From the NCBI GenBank assembly GCA_965287045.1, contig OZ336878.1, forward strand, positions 60,078,001-60,142,000: DNA of 64,000 nt, written 5' to 3'. A program made the translations under genes and the position numbers. Source of the DNA: Carcharhinus amblyrhynchos. Lineage: Eukaryota. Under the pieces are notes generated by a model that saw nothing but the letters and a program-made list of their open reading frames with translations, was not told where the DNA came from and made no database searches. Shown here one piece after another: positions 49,589 through 62,878 of this stretch (position 1 is the stretch's first letter; every line of letters begins with the position of its first letter).

Positions 49589-51144
49589 TGCAAACGGCAC
49601 GTCCGGAAAGGACATCACTTAATCTGCAGCAAATAATACTGCAGATAAAATCTGCAGTTAATGCTATGGCTCTTATCAAATTATCGTGTTGTGAGTATTT
49701 TGTTGTTGATGTTCTAGGGGAGAAACACAGTTAATGCTACAGATTTGAACTATCTGCCAACAAGCTGCCCTTCAGTTTACAGATAGGAACAATATGTAGG
49801 CACTACAAAGTATTAGCACTGTTGTGTGCACAAATCTGCAGTTATGTGATAGAAATGAGCACAGGTTATGATTTAGGAACTCTACATTTAATAATATAGG
49901 AATAACTAATGGTGCAATGCTATAAAAATCTGCAGTCATTGTTTTTGGTACAATGTGGAGTTGAACTATGGGACTGATCATCAGCATTATTCCAGGAAAT
50001 CTGCAGCCATTGCTGTAGGTACAATCTGCTTCCAACAGTGCTTTTCTTTTATATACAGACAAAACAATCTAATTGTTCTGAAAATAAATCTTATAATGAC
50101 AGACTATATTTAGGTTAACAACTAGTTACAGGAAGCAGCCTCAAATTACAAATTGTACATTTTCATGTTTTGGCATGTATTTCTTTCTTGAAGGTGTGTT
50201 TTGTAGAACGCAATTCCAGTTTATACCTGCTGAATTCAGATAAGGAAGCTTGTTTCGGCAACAATGGAATGAAAGGACTGTAAGATAGTTTGAATCATTC
50301 ACAAGGATAATAAGAACCCTTGGAGGGTTCGTCTGCAAAAAAGGATTTGATCTGGGAAAACCTGTGGTCGGATAAAAGATTTTCCTTCTTCAGATTCCCT
50401 CTTATTTTTACCCTTCCTTTTCAGAAGCTGGAGGCTCATCCTGTCGTACTGTTCTGCAGTGCCAGAAGCAATTTCTTCATGTTTGTGCAGAAGTGTGATT
50501 CCCAAAAGATTTTTCCCCCCTCTCCCTAGCCTAAGCCTACAATGGATGCCGGTTGTAGACCTCACTACTGCTGCTGCTCCAGCTAAGATCAGCCAACTCA
50601 GCACAAATCACGGATTGGATCAAGGACTCTCCTGATCTATATGATTTATTACCAGACCGGACAATGATTTAATTGGCTGAGCCATTGAGAAGCCATTTGT
50701 TTTTTGTAAAAATGTTTAAAGTACACAATTGTATTTCTGATTTCCATTGAGTACAGTGACTGTACTAAAAGAAAATTTAGAACTCTCCCGGGTTACCTAT
50801 TGCTTGATTTGATAAACTTTTTCCATTCACAGAGTTCAATCAATTCTAGAGACCTGGAGCTAGAAACCACTTAGATCCAATTCCATCTTATTACAAGTAT
50901 GATGCAAGTGTTTTGGAAGTTTCTGCATATTGTTTTGTGTATAATGTTTGATAATGTCTATGGCTGTGACATGATCATTTCAGTGCACCTTATAAAGCTA
51001 TTTTTTAAACACTGCACAATGGTTTCATGCAGAAAGCCATCATGAAGTCAGAAGGACCAAGGTTCATATTTTGTTCTGTACTAAGTTATCTGTTCTCAGT
51101 TAGAGCAGTGAAAAGGCAATTACATCTGGTCTCGCCATCTTTTG

Positions 51145-51615
51145 GAGAGGGTGTAACAAAGGTTTACTAGATTGATTTCTGAGATGAGAATGCTGAGGAA
51201 AGATTGAGTATAATAGGCCTGTGTTTGCTGGAGTTTGGCAGAATGAGAGGTGATCCCGTTGAAACATATAAAATTTTGAGGGCTTGACAGGGTAAGCTGC
51301 CCAGAGGTTGTTTCCCGTGGCTGGGGAATTTAGCACTAAGGGCCATAACCTCATGACAAGGGGGTCAGCCAATTAGGACTGACATGGAGAAAAATTTCAT
51401 TTTCAGAGGGTTGAGAATCTTTGGAATTCTCTACACCAGATGGTTTTGGATGACCAATTTGTTTTTGGTATATTCCAAACTGAGATCAACAAATTACAAT
51501 CACAAAGGAAATGGGGATAGGGTGGGAAAGTGGAATTAACACTGATGTTCAGCCATTGACTGACAGTATGGCAGAACAGACTTGAAAGGCTGAATGGCAT
51601 TCTCCTATTCCCACT
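51145..51615 (+). mobile_element. CR1-type LINE 3' fragment
   Basis: GAATGAGAGGTGATCCCGTTGAAACATATAAAAT...TTGGAATTCTCTAC...GGCTGAATGGCATTCTCCT. Confidence 0.8.
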
Positions 51616-54319
51616 TTTTATGCAAGAAAAAATATATACTTGATCACAATTCAATGATTTTAATAGCATCATAGAATGATTACAGCACAGGAGGCCATTC
51701 AGCCCATCGTATCTGTGACAGACATATTATTGAAATGTTTGTGGGCTTCAGGTGAAGTTGTGACTAGATTCTGTTGTGATGCCATTAACAGCTGAGTAGC
51801 CTAGAGCCAATTCTTAAAAATGGTCACCTGAATTATGCATTGGAAAGTAGCTTGAGCTGTAGCATCAATCAGCAGTTTCAAAACTTTTAGCAAATTGGAA
51901 GGAAAAAGCTTGTAATTGAAAGCATTGTACTTGTCACAGATTGTATGACAAAGGTTTTAAAAAATAAAAACCTTGGAGACCCCAGAAGACTGAAAAGCAA
52001 CCAACCCGGCAGCAATTAATAAGAAACTTTGGGAATTCTAGACCAATGGACTCGACCTCAGATTTAGTAAAATCAAGTGATTATTGCAAAGGACTCAATT
52101 CAGGGTCAACCTTTGAAAATAAAGATGAGACATAAACCTAACATTGATTTACAACTGAGATCATACCCTACTAGTTAATTAGATTTTTCTTTCCTGAAAA
52201 ATGTGACTTAGCATTTGGTACACAATTTAAAAAGAGCAACATTTTGTGTGACTTTCTAAAGACATTTGATACATCACCTACTTTGAAATACTTCGTGAGG
52301 TAGTGAAGGTGAAATTTCAGCCATGGAATGCTGCAAAAGCTGAAACAAACAATGTTTTGACAGCATAAACTGAGAGAAATTATAATTATTATTTGGGACC
52401 GAGTAAATGCATTATATAGTCTTGCAATATTTAGACAAAGGTTCAATTTGCATGTGCTGAACTAGCTGATCTCAATCCAGATAGAAATAGGTATGACACA
52501 AAATGAGCAAAATCCAGTCCTCATCTGACATCCAGATATGAGTACCTTTCAGACACACCCACTGGATAACCTTCAGAAACCCAACTTGTCTCTTATTTCT
52601 GAGCCAATTGGGCAGAGGCCAATGATAGCTCCTCTGCTACCACTCTGACTACAGTCAGCTAACACAAAATGAGAAATCAAACCTGGGGATATTCCTAATC
52701 TGCATTGCTTATTAACAGGTGATTGTTCAAAGCATTTACCCATCGAGTATTGATTTAAAGAAAAGAGAAACATGTTTTAATTTATAAATCCTTCAATTCT
52801 TTGTTATTGGGGCAGAAAGTTTGTAAGTCACCAACATAAGCATTGTGCAACAGAGTTCTCCCATCCACTTAAGCAACAGGTTTACTTAGAAATGCCTGAA
52901 TAAGGAATACTGGCCTTCCATCTCTGGAACTGATTTGAAATGATTTTGGATGGACTGAATTTTATTGCTCAAAGGCCATGGACCAATAGAACAAAAGTGC
53001 TAATTTGACAACCTCAACTAGAAATTTATGTACAATTAGGAGCAGGCTGGCTAACATTGGAATTGGAAGATGTGTCACGTTCTGTGCCAGGTGTTTATAA
53101 ATATATGGGTTAAACTTAATTTCAAATTAATTCACAGGATATGTATTTAAATGTGTTTGTGAAAAAAAAATCATATTATACACTAGAGAGCAATGATCGT
53201 AGAGCAATGACTGTTTGTGGAGCAAAAGGAGCCTGAGAGTGGAGCCTAAGATAATGATCCGACCAATCTATACACTGTCTGAATGTTGGATTATATCACT
53301 AGGAAGGACTTCTACTCGGCTGCATTACCTTTGTTTCTGGAAGAGTTCCGACTGCTTTCTAGCATCCCCAGGTGTGCAGTTTATATACATAGATTGGTCA
53401 GATTGTTATCTCATACATGTTCAGTTCACAGGCTCTTTAGCTCCACATTCAAAGGAGTACAAACAGTAGTGAATTCATTGTTCCCCAGTGTAATTGTGAT
53501 ATACCTCTCCTTGAAACAAAGATTAAGGCTTTACTTACAAATATTGCATTATTTTATGAGAGACAGTATAATAACTGTAGAAGCAAAGTATTTTTAGTCT
53601 AAACCTATTCCCCACTAATTATTATAATCAAATAATTAGAATTAAATTTAACAGGCTGATCCAGAGAAAACAGAACCTGCCCCATGGAGGTTAAGCCTGA
53701 CATGTTTTGGAATGGATTTAAAGTTCCAGCATCTCTTAACTATAGAAAGCTCAATGTCCTGATACAATCAAATTGACTGATAGATGAATTGTGCCAAATA
53801 CAAGAGCTTTAATAATAAGATCTCTGAGATCTGAATATTTTCTGGAGCAGGATGACCCTGAGAATTTTCAGTTACAAAATTGAAGAGAGAAATTGGAAGC
53901 TTCTGTTCAAGTTTTTCTTTGTACAAGAAGCTCCTTTATGAGAGAACCACCTTGACCATTACCTCTCTGTCTTTCCCTCTCTGTGCATCACCAGGTTTGA
54001 TACTGAAATTAATAGACTAAGGTCATAGACTTGACTTTTTTAAATTGGCTTCAATAGCCTGGAAAGAAAATAGAGGTTTTCCACTCTTGATGGCAGTAGT
54101 ACAATGGGCTCAGTTGCAACACCCTCCTTGATCAGATATTGGATTAGCACAACACGACATTCTGCACTCTCGTTTCCTTTTCTATGAAAGGTATGCTCTG
54201 TCTGTATTGCACACAAGACAATGCTTTTCACAGTAAGCTAATACATGTGACAATAATAAATCAATTCAAATCTTGAGACAGATAAGAGAGATTAATTTTT
54301 TTTTGTCAGAACGTTATAA

Positions 54320-54695
54320 CCTGCACTTACATAGCACCTTCATGACTTCAGGATGTCACAAAGTATTTTATTTGCAATGAATTACATTTCAAGCATAGTC
54401 ATCGATGTAGAGTAGGAAACACAGCAAGATTTCCCAAATATGATAAATGTCATATTGTACTATCTCTTCCAGTACTTTTGGCAAATGGATAAATATTGTT
54501 CAGGACACAGAAGCAGTTCCCTGCTCTTTTTCAAAATAGTAACCATGGAGCCTTTTGCATTTGCTCAGGGCAGACAGGGCCTCAGTTTAACATTTCCTCT
54601 GTACTGGGAGTGTCAGGCTGGTTTATGTTCTCAAACTTTTGGTTTAGGATTTGAACTCACAACCTTGTGACTCAGAGACAAGAGTGCTACTACTA
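54320..54695 (-). mobile_element. Deu-domain SINE (SacSINE1-like)
   Basis: Minus strand GTAGCACTCTTGTCTCTGAGTCACAAGGTTGTGAGTTCAAATCC...GCCTGACACTCCCAGTAC...CATCCTGAAGTCATGAAGGTGCTATGTAAGTGCAG. Confidence 0.7.
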
Positions 54696-57481
54696 ACGTA
54701 TAGCTGACATTATGGGAGTAGCAATTAAGAGTATCTGAAAGTCTTAGCATATATCACTTGAGTATTTTCTTTATAAAAGTTCGTTGTTTCCTTGATGATA
54801 GCAATCTCATCTCAGATTAATTTAACATTTGGATGAATTGAAAGCATTATCTAGGCTAATATTTCAGTTATAGCATTGTCGGAGGTGTAATCTTTCAGAT
54901 GCAACATTAAACTGAGATTTTCTCATTTGTTTAGATGGATGCAAGTGATTCCAAGAACATGTAGAGTTTTTCTTTGATATCTTGGTACATTTTTAGTATT
55001 CAACTAACCATTTATTAAATTAAAATTTGAAGTGACTGCACTTCACTAACAGTCTGAAATGTCTAGAGATGTAAATTATATTAAAACACCTTCGATTTTC
55101 TAAACACATTTTTACCAGTTTAATTTTGTTTCAAATGTTTCAGCTTTTCAGGGATCGAATATTTAAATGGCAGAAGTACCAATTTTTTTTTCAATCGCAA
55201 CATAGTCAAAAACAAGATGGTTTGAAAAACTTATATAGGTGTCATAATGGGGATATAGGGGAACCCAAGTGCTTAGCTCAAATGAGTTTTGTGCCGAAGC
55301 ATGAAAGTCGCAAAAGATTCAAACAGATCTCTCACTTTATAGTATTAGGATGCTGCAATATCTACTCAGGAATGAATGAGAAACCAGTTAGAGGCACACT
55401 CAAATTCAGATTTGTTAAGACTACAATATGCTGAAAGTGTAGAAAGTCAATTGGAGATAACACACAAGTACGGGGCCGGAATGTTCTGTCTAACTTTAGT
55501 TGGATCATCACATTGGCAAAACGACAAGTCTTTGAATCTCAAACTTGTAAGTTTACTTTCTCGTGTGGCAATAAATTCATACATAATAGTGGGTACTCCA
55601 GTATTTTAATGATTTGCATTAAATTTTCCCATCCTGACTTGTGCCAGCAGGATATTCATTTACATTTCTCTATAGGGAACAGGTCATAAAGTTGGAGAAC
55701 ATGTCAAAACTAAATGCTCTTGTGGATACCTCAAGAAGCACCAATGGACTAGAAAATTCTAGAAAAACACAAAATGCAATACATTTAAAATACATCAACT
55801 CAGTTTGGGATTTATTTTGATTAGATTGTTAGTGTTCATGGAATGGAACCATTATAATTTGTTGAGAGTCCATTGACTGATGTGTTAGTCCATGCACCAT
55901 TCATTTGGTGGGACAAATGCAGAATTTGTAACCTCAAGTACTTCCTGTGCTTAGCCCTTTTTGTTTTCTTTTCGGTTTCCCCAACATTTCCAGATTCCTA
56001 ATCCTCTTTTGAAGGCAAAATTTTAAGAGGTTATACTTCCCAAGTGTCAGGTATCCTTAAGTGCCTCAAAGTAGTGCTTATTATTCATGTGTTTTCTTTC
56101 CTTCAATGACAGTGGATTATTTGACAGCAACAGCACCACAAAATCCACAGTGCAAAAATATTCTTCCAGATTGATCACTTGATTGCAAGAAAGTGCAAAT
56201 AGTTTTAATTTCTGCTTCCGTAACCAAGACCACTGTGCTCACATTGCAAAGATTAGCAGAGCTACATTAAAGACAACAGCAAATTACAATCCCTTCATAA
56301 GAGTTAGCAGATAGAGCAGTGAACTAAGAACATTCTGAGAATAAGCAAAGTAGCCGACACAAGGGGATAAACAACAGAACAAACTGAAGAGCTATATGAC
56401 TTACTTTGTGCTCCTACTACCTATGTTATGTTAATATTAAGAGAAAGAAAAGGTCAAGACAAAAACGAGAGCAAGTAAAATAAGAAGGGGAAGTATTGCA
56501 ATCACCAACCTTGATGTGGAAATCCGTATTAACCTCTGATTTTGGTACACAAAAACTGTAGTTGCAGCCATAAGCAGAAATAAGTGGACAGGGAAGGAAA
56601 GTTGGAGAGAAAAAAAGTCAATGAACATGGAAAGTTAGGAATTCATTCCAGAGAACTGGAGTCAGTTCCCAAATAGCCATTCAGATAGTCCCTTGCCTCC
56701 ACTTCCTCTCCATTCCGTTTATAACAATCATTTAAAATAAATTACAAAAAATGCTATAACGGAATCTCTCCCACCATGGTTTCTGGTAGGGTTTGACATA
56801 AACCTAACAACCTCCTGTATAATAGGAAATTCTACTGACCTCTCCTTTTTTTGGATAATCAAATTTATTCTCTCAAAATCAGTTTTTTTCCTTGATTTGC
56901 CTTTACAAAACTTCTTTTGAGCACCTTTTCCTGCTCTCATTTGAGCTTTCACTGCACAATTAAAGCCGAGTGATTTGCTTCTACATCATCTATGTATTCA
57001 TGCTGTCTGGAACCAGGATATCCAAAACCAGCTTACATTACTTTGTGTAGGAAGAGCATTACCTCTACTTTTACACTTTATGCCCATATGAATCACGTGC
57101 ATTTACAAACGTAACTTTATCAATTTGTCCTTCCACTTGAGATGTGTACCTCAGCATTTGAAAGTTTTGATCATTTACTGAAAAGAGAGTATGGGTTTGA
57201 TCCCTATAGAGGATGAGCACATTGTTCTTTCATCTTCAGAAACAAAGTTTATAACCAATCCAGATAGCCTTTTGTACAAACCTGCAGAGTTAACTTGCTT
57301 TGTGTGTTCATCTATATCGTGTAACAAGACAAAAAAACCCCAATTTTCTAAGATAAAGCCACCAGAATTTGCAGCATGTAGTTAGATTTAAAAAAAAATC
57401 AAGATAGTAGCAACCCTGCTTACACCTAGAAAAAAATAAAACCACATACTGTGAAACACTGAAATAGACCACCACGGTGTA

Positions 57482-57522
57482 TTTATTAAATACAATGTTT
57501 ATTAAAGTGAACACATTTTATT
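57482..57522 (-). terminator. Cluster of three AATAAA polyadenylation signals, likely the KEAP1-family 3' end
   Basis: TTTATT on + at ~57482, ~57498 and ~57517, about 830-870 nt after the stop, followed on the minus strand by GT/T-rich sequence. Confidence 0.6.
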
Positions 57523-58347
57523 AAAAATACTGTCTTAGAAATTAAGTCACTGATGTTCATTTTGTTAGAATAGATTCAATTATTTATTTTGGAAATCTTT
57601 ACCGAAGTCCTAGTGCAAAATAATCTGGTATGGCACCGGCAAACTGTCGTACTTAAATTCCACACTTCCCCTTCTCAATACAGAGCACAAGAGAAACCAG
57701 ATGTAGTGAGCAAAAGGAGAAAATCTTTTAAATGGATGTTCCTTCCAGTGCCCATCCCCCTGCTCCTCCTCTAATTCTGTGCAGCTAATGTAATCCGACC
57801 TGGATTCTGCACTCTCACATGGAACAGAGAGTCGTGCTCCAATTTACTACCATATGCTCATCTATTACGGTTATTTAGTGCATGCTGTTCAAGAAGTGGG
57901 TAATTACAAATATCAAAGTTAATTAATTTAGGTAATTAGCATATTGTTACAAGATGCCATTCTCATTAGAACATGGAAATTGTCTTTGGGAATAGGTGAT
58001 AAACACTGTAGATTTCAGATTGGTGAGCAAGACAAACCCTGCAACACAAACCCACCTGTGAATATCTAACAAGTATTCATTAAGCACTCTAATTGGACTG
58101 TTTGTGGGATTCAGAATTTACAATCCTCATCAGTTATTAAATGTCAAATTAAGGGGGTTTATATAAATTCTTTAAAGTCACAGGAAACAAGTGCAAAAAA
58201 CCCAAAAAACTGCTCTTCTGTGATCTGACTGCATAGGTGAAATTGGGATTTACAGCAGAGAGCCGGTACTGTCTTTCAAAATGATAACCGCACTATAAAG
58301 TCCAGTAGAACTGTTATGATTGGAGATTGATCCAGAAATTGGGAACA

Positions 58348-58496
58348 TTAGCGCCGAGCCAAGTTGCACGGTTCCATTGTCACAGCCACACCAACACCAC
58401 TCCTGCCCGAGGTCATCTCTGTCACTTCTGTCCATTGACCAGTGTCTGGATCAAAGCATTCTACACTACTGAGGAAATCTTGTCCATCATAACCAC
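58348..58496 (-). CDS. KEAP1: Last coding exon of a KEAP1-family gene (Kelch repeat 6 + C-terminus), probably keap1a
   Basis: TTTTTTATTTACAG acceptor, phase 1, reads [49 protein letters not shown]. Human KEAP1 has [44 protein letters not shown]. It has no ATG, so the ORF track missed it. Upstream exons were not found in 58500-64000. Confidence 0.93.
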
Positions 58497-60083
58497 CTGT
58501 AAATAAAAAAATACATCAAAATGTGAATGCTTTGCATCCACTGAAATTAACATTCCTGCAATTCAGCTTTGACTATTTTTTTCTTTCCACAGATGTTGTC
58601 AGACCTGCTTATGCCCATTGCTATCTCCAAAAAATTTAAACTCTGACCAAAATTGGGTGAATTTATGTCTGTGACCTCGACAAAATACCTGGCAGTATTG
58701 GGGAAACTTGCATATTGTCATTCCTGAAGAGCCACTAATGACCCTATGTGGGCTGCAGACAAAATTCAAGAAGAATTATACAAAAGTCATTTGCATATCA
58801 TAACCCAGGCTGGACAACAGGAGTTTGCCTGTCTAAGACAAATGATCTGCAACCTTCCTTTCAATTCTTAATGGATGAGACATTTAATGACCTCTGGATC
58901 CAGACGTGGGATACATGTCCTTTATCAAAGAGTGTGGAAAGATGGGTGTCATGTAACATGGGCCTCTGGCTTGTGGAACCAGTAATATTTCCTTGCTAAA
59001 CTGTAAAGTCTCAGTCTGCTTTTTATCTGATTGGCAGCCTCATGTGCCATTTCTTACAAGACAGATTCATCTGTACATGTCTATCTCATTGTGAGATTGC
59101 AGGATCTTAATTGTATCTGCTATTATACTAAAGTCTGTTTCATTTTTGGGCTTAAATAAAGAAGTGCAATAAAATATTTTCAGTTAAGTTTACTACTAGA
59201 AAAATTGGAAAACCGGAAAAGTTTTTCGCTCATTGACATCTTGTGAAGGGATGCCTCATTGGACTTTGAGTCTGGACTTCAGGATTCAAAATAATATTTG
59301 TTTTCTATATGGTTTCTGCACTCCAAATCTTTCTTTGCGTTCATATAGTGAAAGCAGGATAGAGTAAAGGGGGCAATATTGTGACCTTCCTGCATCTTGA
59401 GTTTGTGCAAATAAGCTAACTTTTGAGTTCCCTCTATCTTGAATTTGCTGTGAGGTTAATAGAAAATTGGATCTCACCAACACTGAGGGACTGAGGAAAA
59501 AATGCCATTTCTTATAAAGGAGTAAGGAAATCAAAACAACTGTTTATGGAAGGATAGAGAGAAATTAGTGTGTTTAAATTAACCCCTTCATGCCCATAGG
59601 TAGAGATAGAGATAATCTCACCCGCCTGCTCTCCAGCAGCGTAAACCAAATAAAAGTAATTGCAAGTCTTGGTTTAGTGATAGCACTCTGGATTCTAGTA
59701 TGAGAATGTCAATGATGTTTTTGTTGTTAGAACAGATTCTTTTCTTTCTTTTGGATATCTATACCCAAGTGCAGGAGCACAATAAACAAGTAAAGTTGTG
59801 GGGTGAAGCCTCAATCCAAATACTTGAATCACTTCAGCACAGTAAATAGAGTGCTATCTTTTGCATGAAATGTTGAACTCTCACCCAATAGGCCTGCAAT
59901 TATCCAATAATTCTGCAACACTGTTTGCAGGAATTTACTTGGCATGCTTGCCTATAATGACTACACTTTAAAAAGTACTTCATTAGCCAAGAAAGCAGTT
60001 TAAAACAAAGTTATTTCTTCCTTTTAGGGAGAAAACTATATAACTTTCCCAAGATGACAAAGGCATATCTGGTTAGAGATTCT

Positions 60084-60384
60084 CATGATGTGGAGATGCT
60101 GGCATTGAACTGGGATAAGCACAGCAAGAAGTCTCTCAAAACCAGGGTAAAGTCCAACAGGTTTATTTAGTAGCACAAGCCACAAGCTTTCAGAGCACTA
60201 CCCCTTCATGGAATGCGAGTTCCATTCCAACCATTATCTTATAAATTGAGTTTGTGTCTATATATGCCCTGTTTGCGAACACAACTCCCACTCACCTGAT
60301 GAAGGGGCAGTGCTCCAAAAGCTTGTGGCTTATGCTACCAAATAAACCTGTTGGACTTTAACCTGGTGTTGTGAGACCTCTTAC
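60084..60384. mobile_element. Fold-back Penelope pLTR derivative with 10-bp TSD
   Basis: Inverted arms; TSD TAGAGATTCT at 60074-60083 and 60385-60394; CTGATGA core at 60296-60302. Confidence 0.9.
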
Positions 60385-62204
60385 TAGAGATTCTGAAGCA
60401 GACAGCACTATTGTTCTTGGGGGAGTAGGGAGGCCAGGAGCTCAGGACTCACTTGCTGATTTTGGATTGTTTTGCAATGATCCTAAAAAGGTAAGTTTAC
60501 ACATGCAACCTTTGTTTTAACCTTCAGCATAGCTGAACAGTGCGCAGGTATGCCATCTAGGATCCTGAATCCTACTTATTTGGGACTGACTCAACATGGA
60601 ATTTGCATCATTAGGAAAGGAAACATATTTGACATTCAAAGTGAACTTTGAATATCAAAGTACGTAAAATGTTTAGTGCAGTTGATCCGAAATTAGTATG
60701 ATAACCACATGAGCAGTTTTCCTGAAACAAGACTCAAAGGATTAAAAAAACCAATTGCAATTTTTCTAGGAGTAAACTTAACTGAAAATATTTTATTGTA
60801 CTTCTTTATTTAAGCCCAATAATGAAACAGACTTTAGTTTAATAGCAGATACAATCAAGATCCTGCAATCATCATTACCGTTTTTCCCAAAGGAACTATT
60901 CAGTTTATTTTTGATGAATGTTTTGTGCTGAAAATGAATATTACTGTTGGAAAAAGAAGCACTAACAGTTGGTCAAATGCAGCATAGATTAGAAGGTAAA
61001 AATGCAGAAGGAAAATTATCTCCCAAACATGAGTGCCAATCAAACAAAACATTGCAGTGAATTTCTCAGTTATTCTGAATGGTAAGCTCAGGGAGACTAG
61101 ATTTCAGAGGACCCCGACAGGTAGACATTCTGCTAATCTAGACTGGATATAGTTTCAGATTGCATTAATGATCTGGTGCCCCTCAAGTAATGTACTTAGA
61201 CTTGCATTAAGATGTGCTTATACTAGCTTCATGAAATATACGGAACTACACTGACAGCTGTCTGCAACAGTATCGAATAGGGTTAAAAAGAAACGTATAG
61301 AACTGCTTACCATTTAAACCATTTGTTCTGTTCACACTGGAACAGTAGTAGGCTCACAATCTATACTGCCATTTTATTAAATCAAGACATGTCTATCTCA
61401 ACTCCATTCACCAACCTTAGTTGCATAATGCTCAATATCTTTGCCCAACAAAAATCCATCAATCTCAATTTTGAAATTTTCTATTTACCTGGCTTTAACA
61501 GCTTTTGAGAGATTTTTCCAATCTCAAGCACCCTTTTTGTGAAGTGCTTTCTTTGCCCCTGTACAGGTTTTTTAGGTGGCTCACTTTATCTATTCTAAAC
61601 TCTGATAAACAGGTCAAACCCAAAATGTTAACTGATCTCTCTCAAATGTTGATTAGCCTGCCATAGTTACTTTTAATCTCCGATCTTAAATTATTTGTTC
61701 AAAAATACATATCTCCTTAAAATGTGACAATATACAATTTAATAGGTCTGTTGTGCTGAACATTAAGTCAATTATGCATTTCAAAATATGAATGAGTACA
61801 AAACAATTGGTTGAAGTGGTTTAGAATTTGCAAATTCATAACAGAAATACATAAAAATCCAGAAAAATTCCTTGTTTAAATTGAAAAGGTCAATCAGCAA
61901 ACCTTAAAACCCAGGATCTTGTGGCTTTCTTTACATCATCCGTAAGGTTCTTAGAAAACACAACTGACCGTAAACCATCAAACCACAACAGGAAGCCCAC
62001 TAAAAGGAAACTGCTCAAATCAGAAGCCAGGAAATGTACTTTGAACTATTAACTAAGGAAAGACTAGTGTGATGTATTTACGGCAATATCTTCCAGTTTT
62101 GAAACACAAGAGTAAGCTTGAGTTGTGCACATCATTCTGCAGCCCCCTACACAACCTACCCATCCAGCAATAATTAGATATCAACATAATTTGGTATTTG
62201 TAGG

Positions 62205-62415
62205 TTCCTAAGAACATCAGAAATAAACGCAGGAAAAGCCCATTGGGCCTGGTCTGCCATTCAATATGATCATAGCTGATCATGGGCTTCAACTCCATGT
62301 TTCCACTCACTCTCCATATCCCTCATTTCCCCTAAGAGACCAAAACTCTATCTTTAGATATATTCAATGATGGAGCCACAAAGATTTACTCCGCATGAAA
62401 AGACTTCTCATCAGT
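62205..62415 (-). mobile_element. CR1 3' tail fragment
   Basis: CATTCAATATGATCATAGCTGATC...CTCTCCATATCCC, as in other CR1 ends. Confidence 0.65.
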
Positions 62416-62878
62416 CCCAAATATGTCCACAGTATGCTTGCACTGCCAATGCACCATCAACAGCAAATCCAAGAACTAGCAGCTAACCAACAATGCTACC
62501 GTAGCAGCCCTCATGATTTGAGGCAGCCTTTTCCATGTTGTCAGGTGACCTACACAAAGTACTAATAATTGCCCAAAGGCTGAAGAAGCATTCTTGCTGT
62601 TCACACCATTTCCAGACACTAATTTGACTCAAAAACAATCTTTTTTTTTTGAAAAAGGGTGTCTGAATTGCTGTGCATTAGAGCATTTCTGGTTTCGTAC
62701 ACATTTACATTAAACAAGGTTTTGTTAATACCAATAAAATGGTCAATACCTATGATTTTAGAGTGGACACATACGCAATTGCAGAAATTGCTCTGCAGCA
62801 GGAATACTTCAGGAGCAGTTCTATAACTACATGTGACTAATTGGTTGTACTTATTGGACTTGGTATGTCTGAGAGCCA

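Noticed and set aside
58250-58435. 61-aa minus-strand [11 protein letters not shown]...
   Set aside because: It is the wrong frame over the real KEAP1-family exon.
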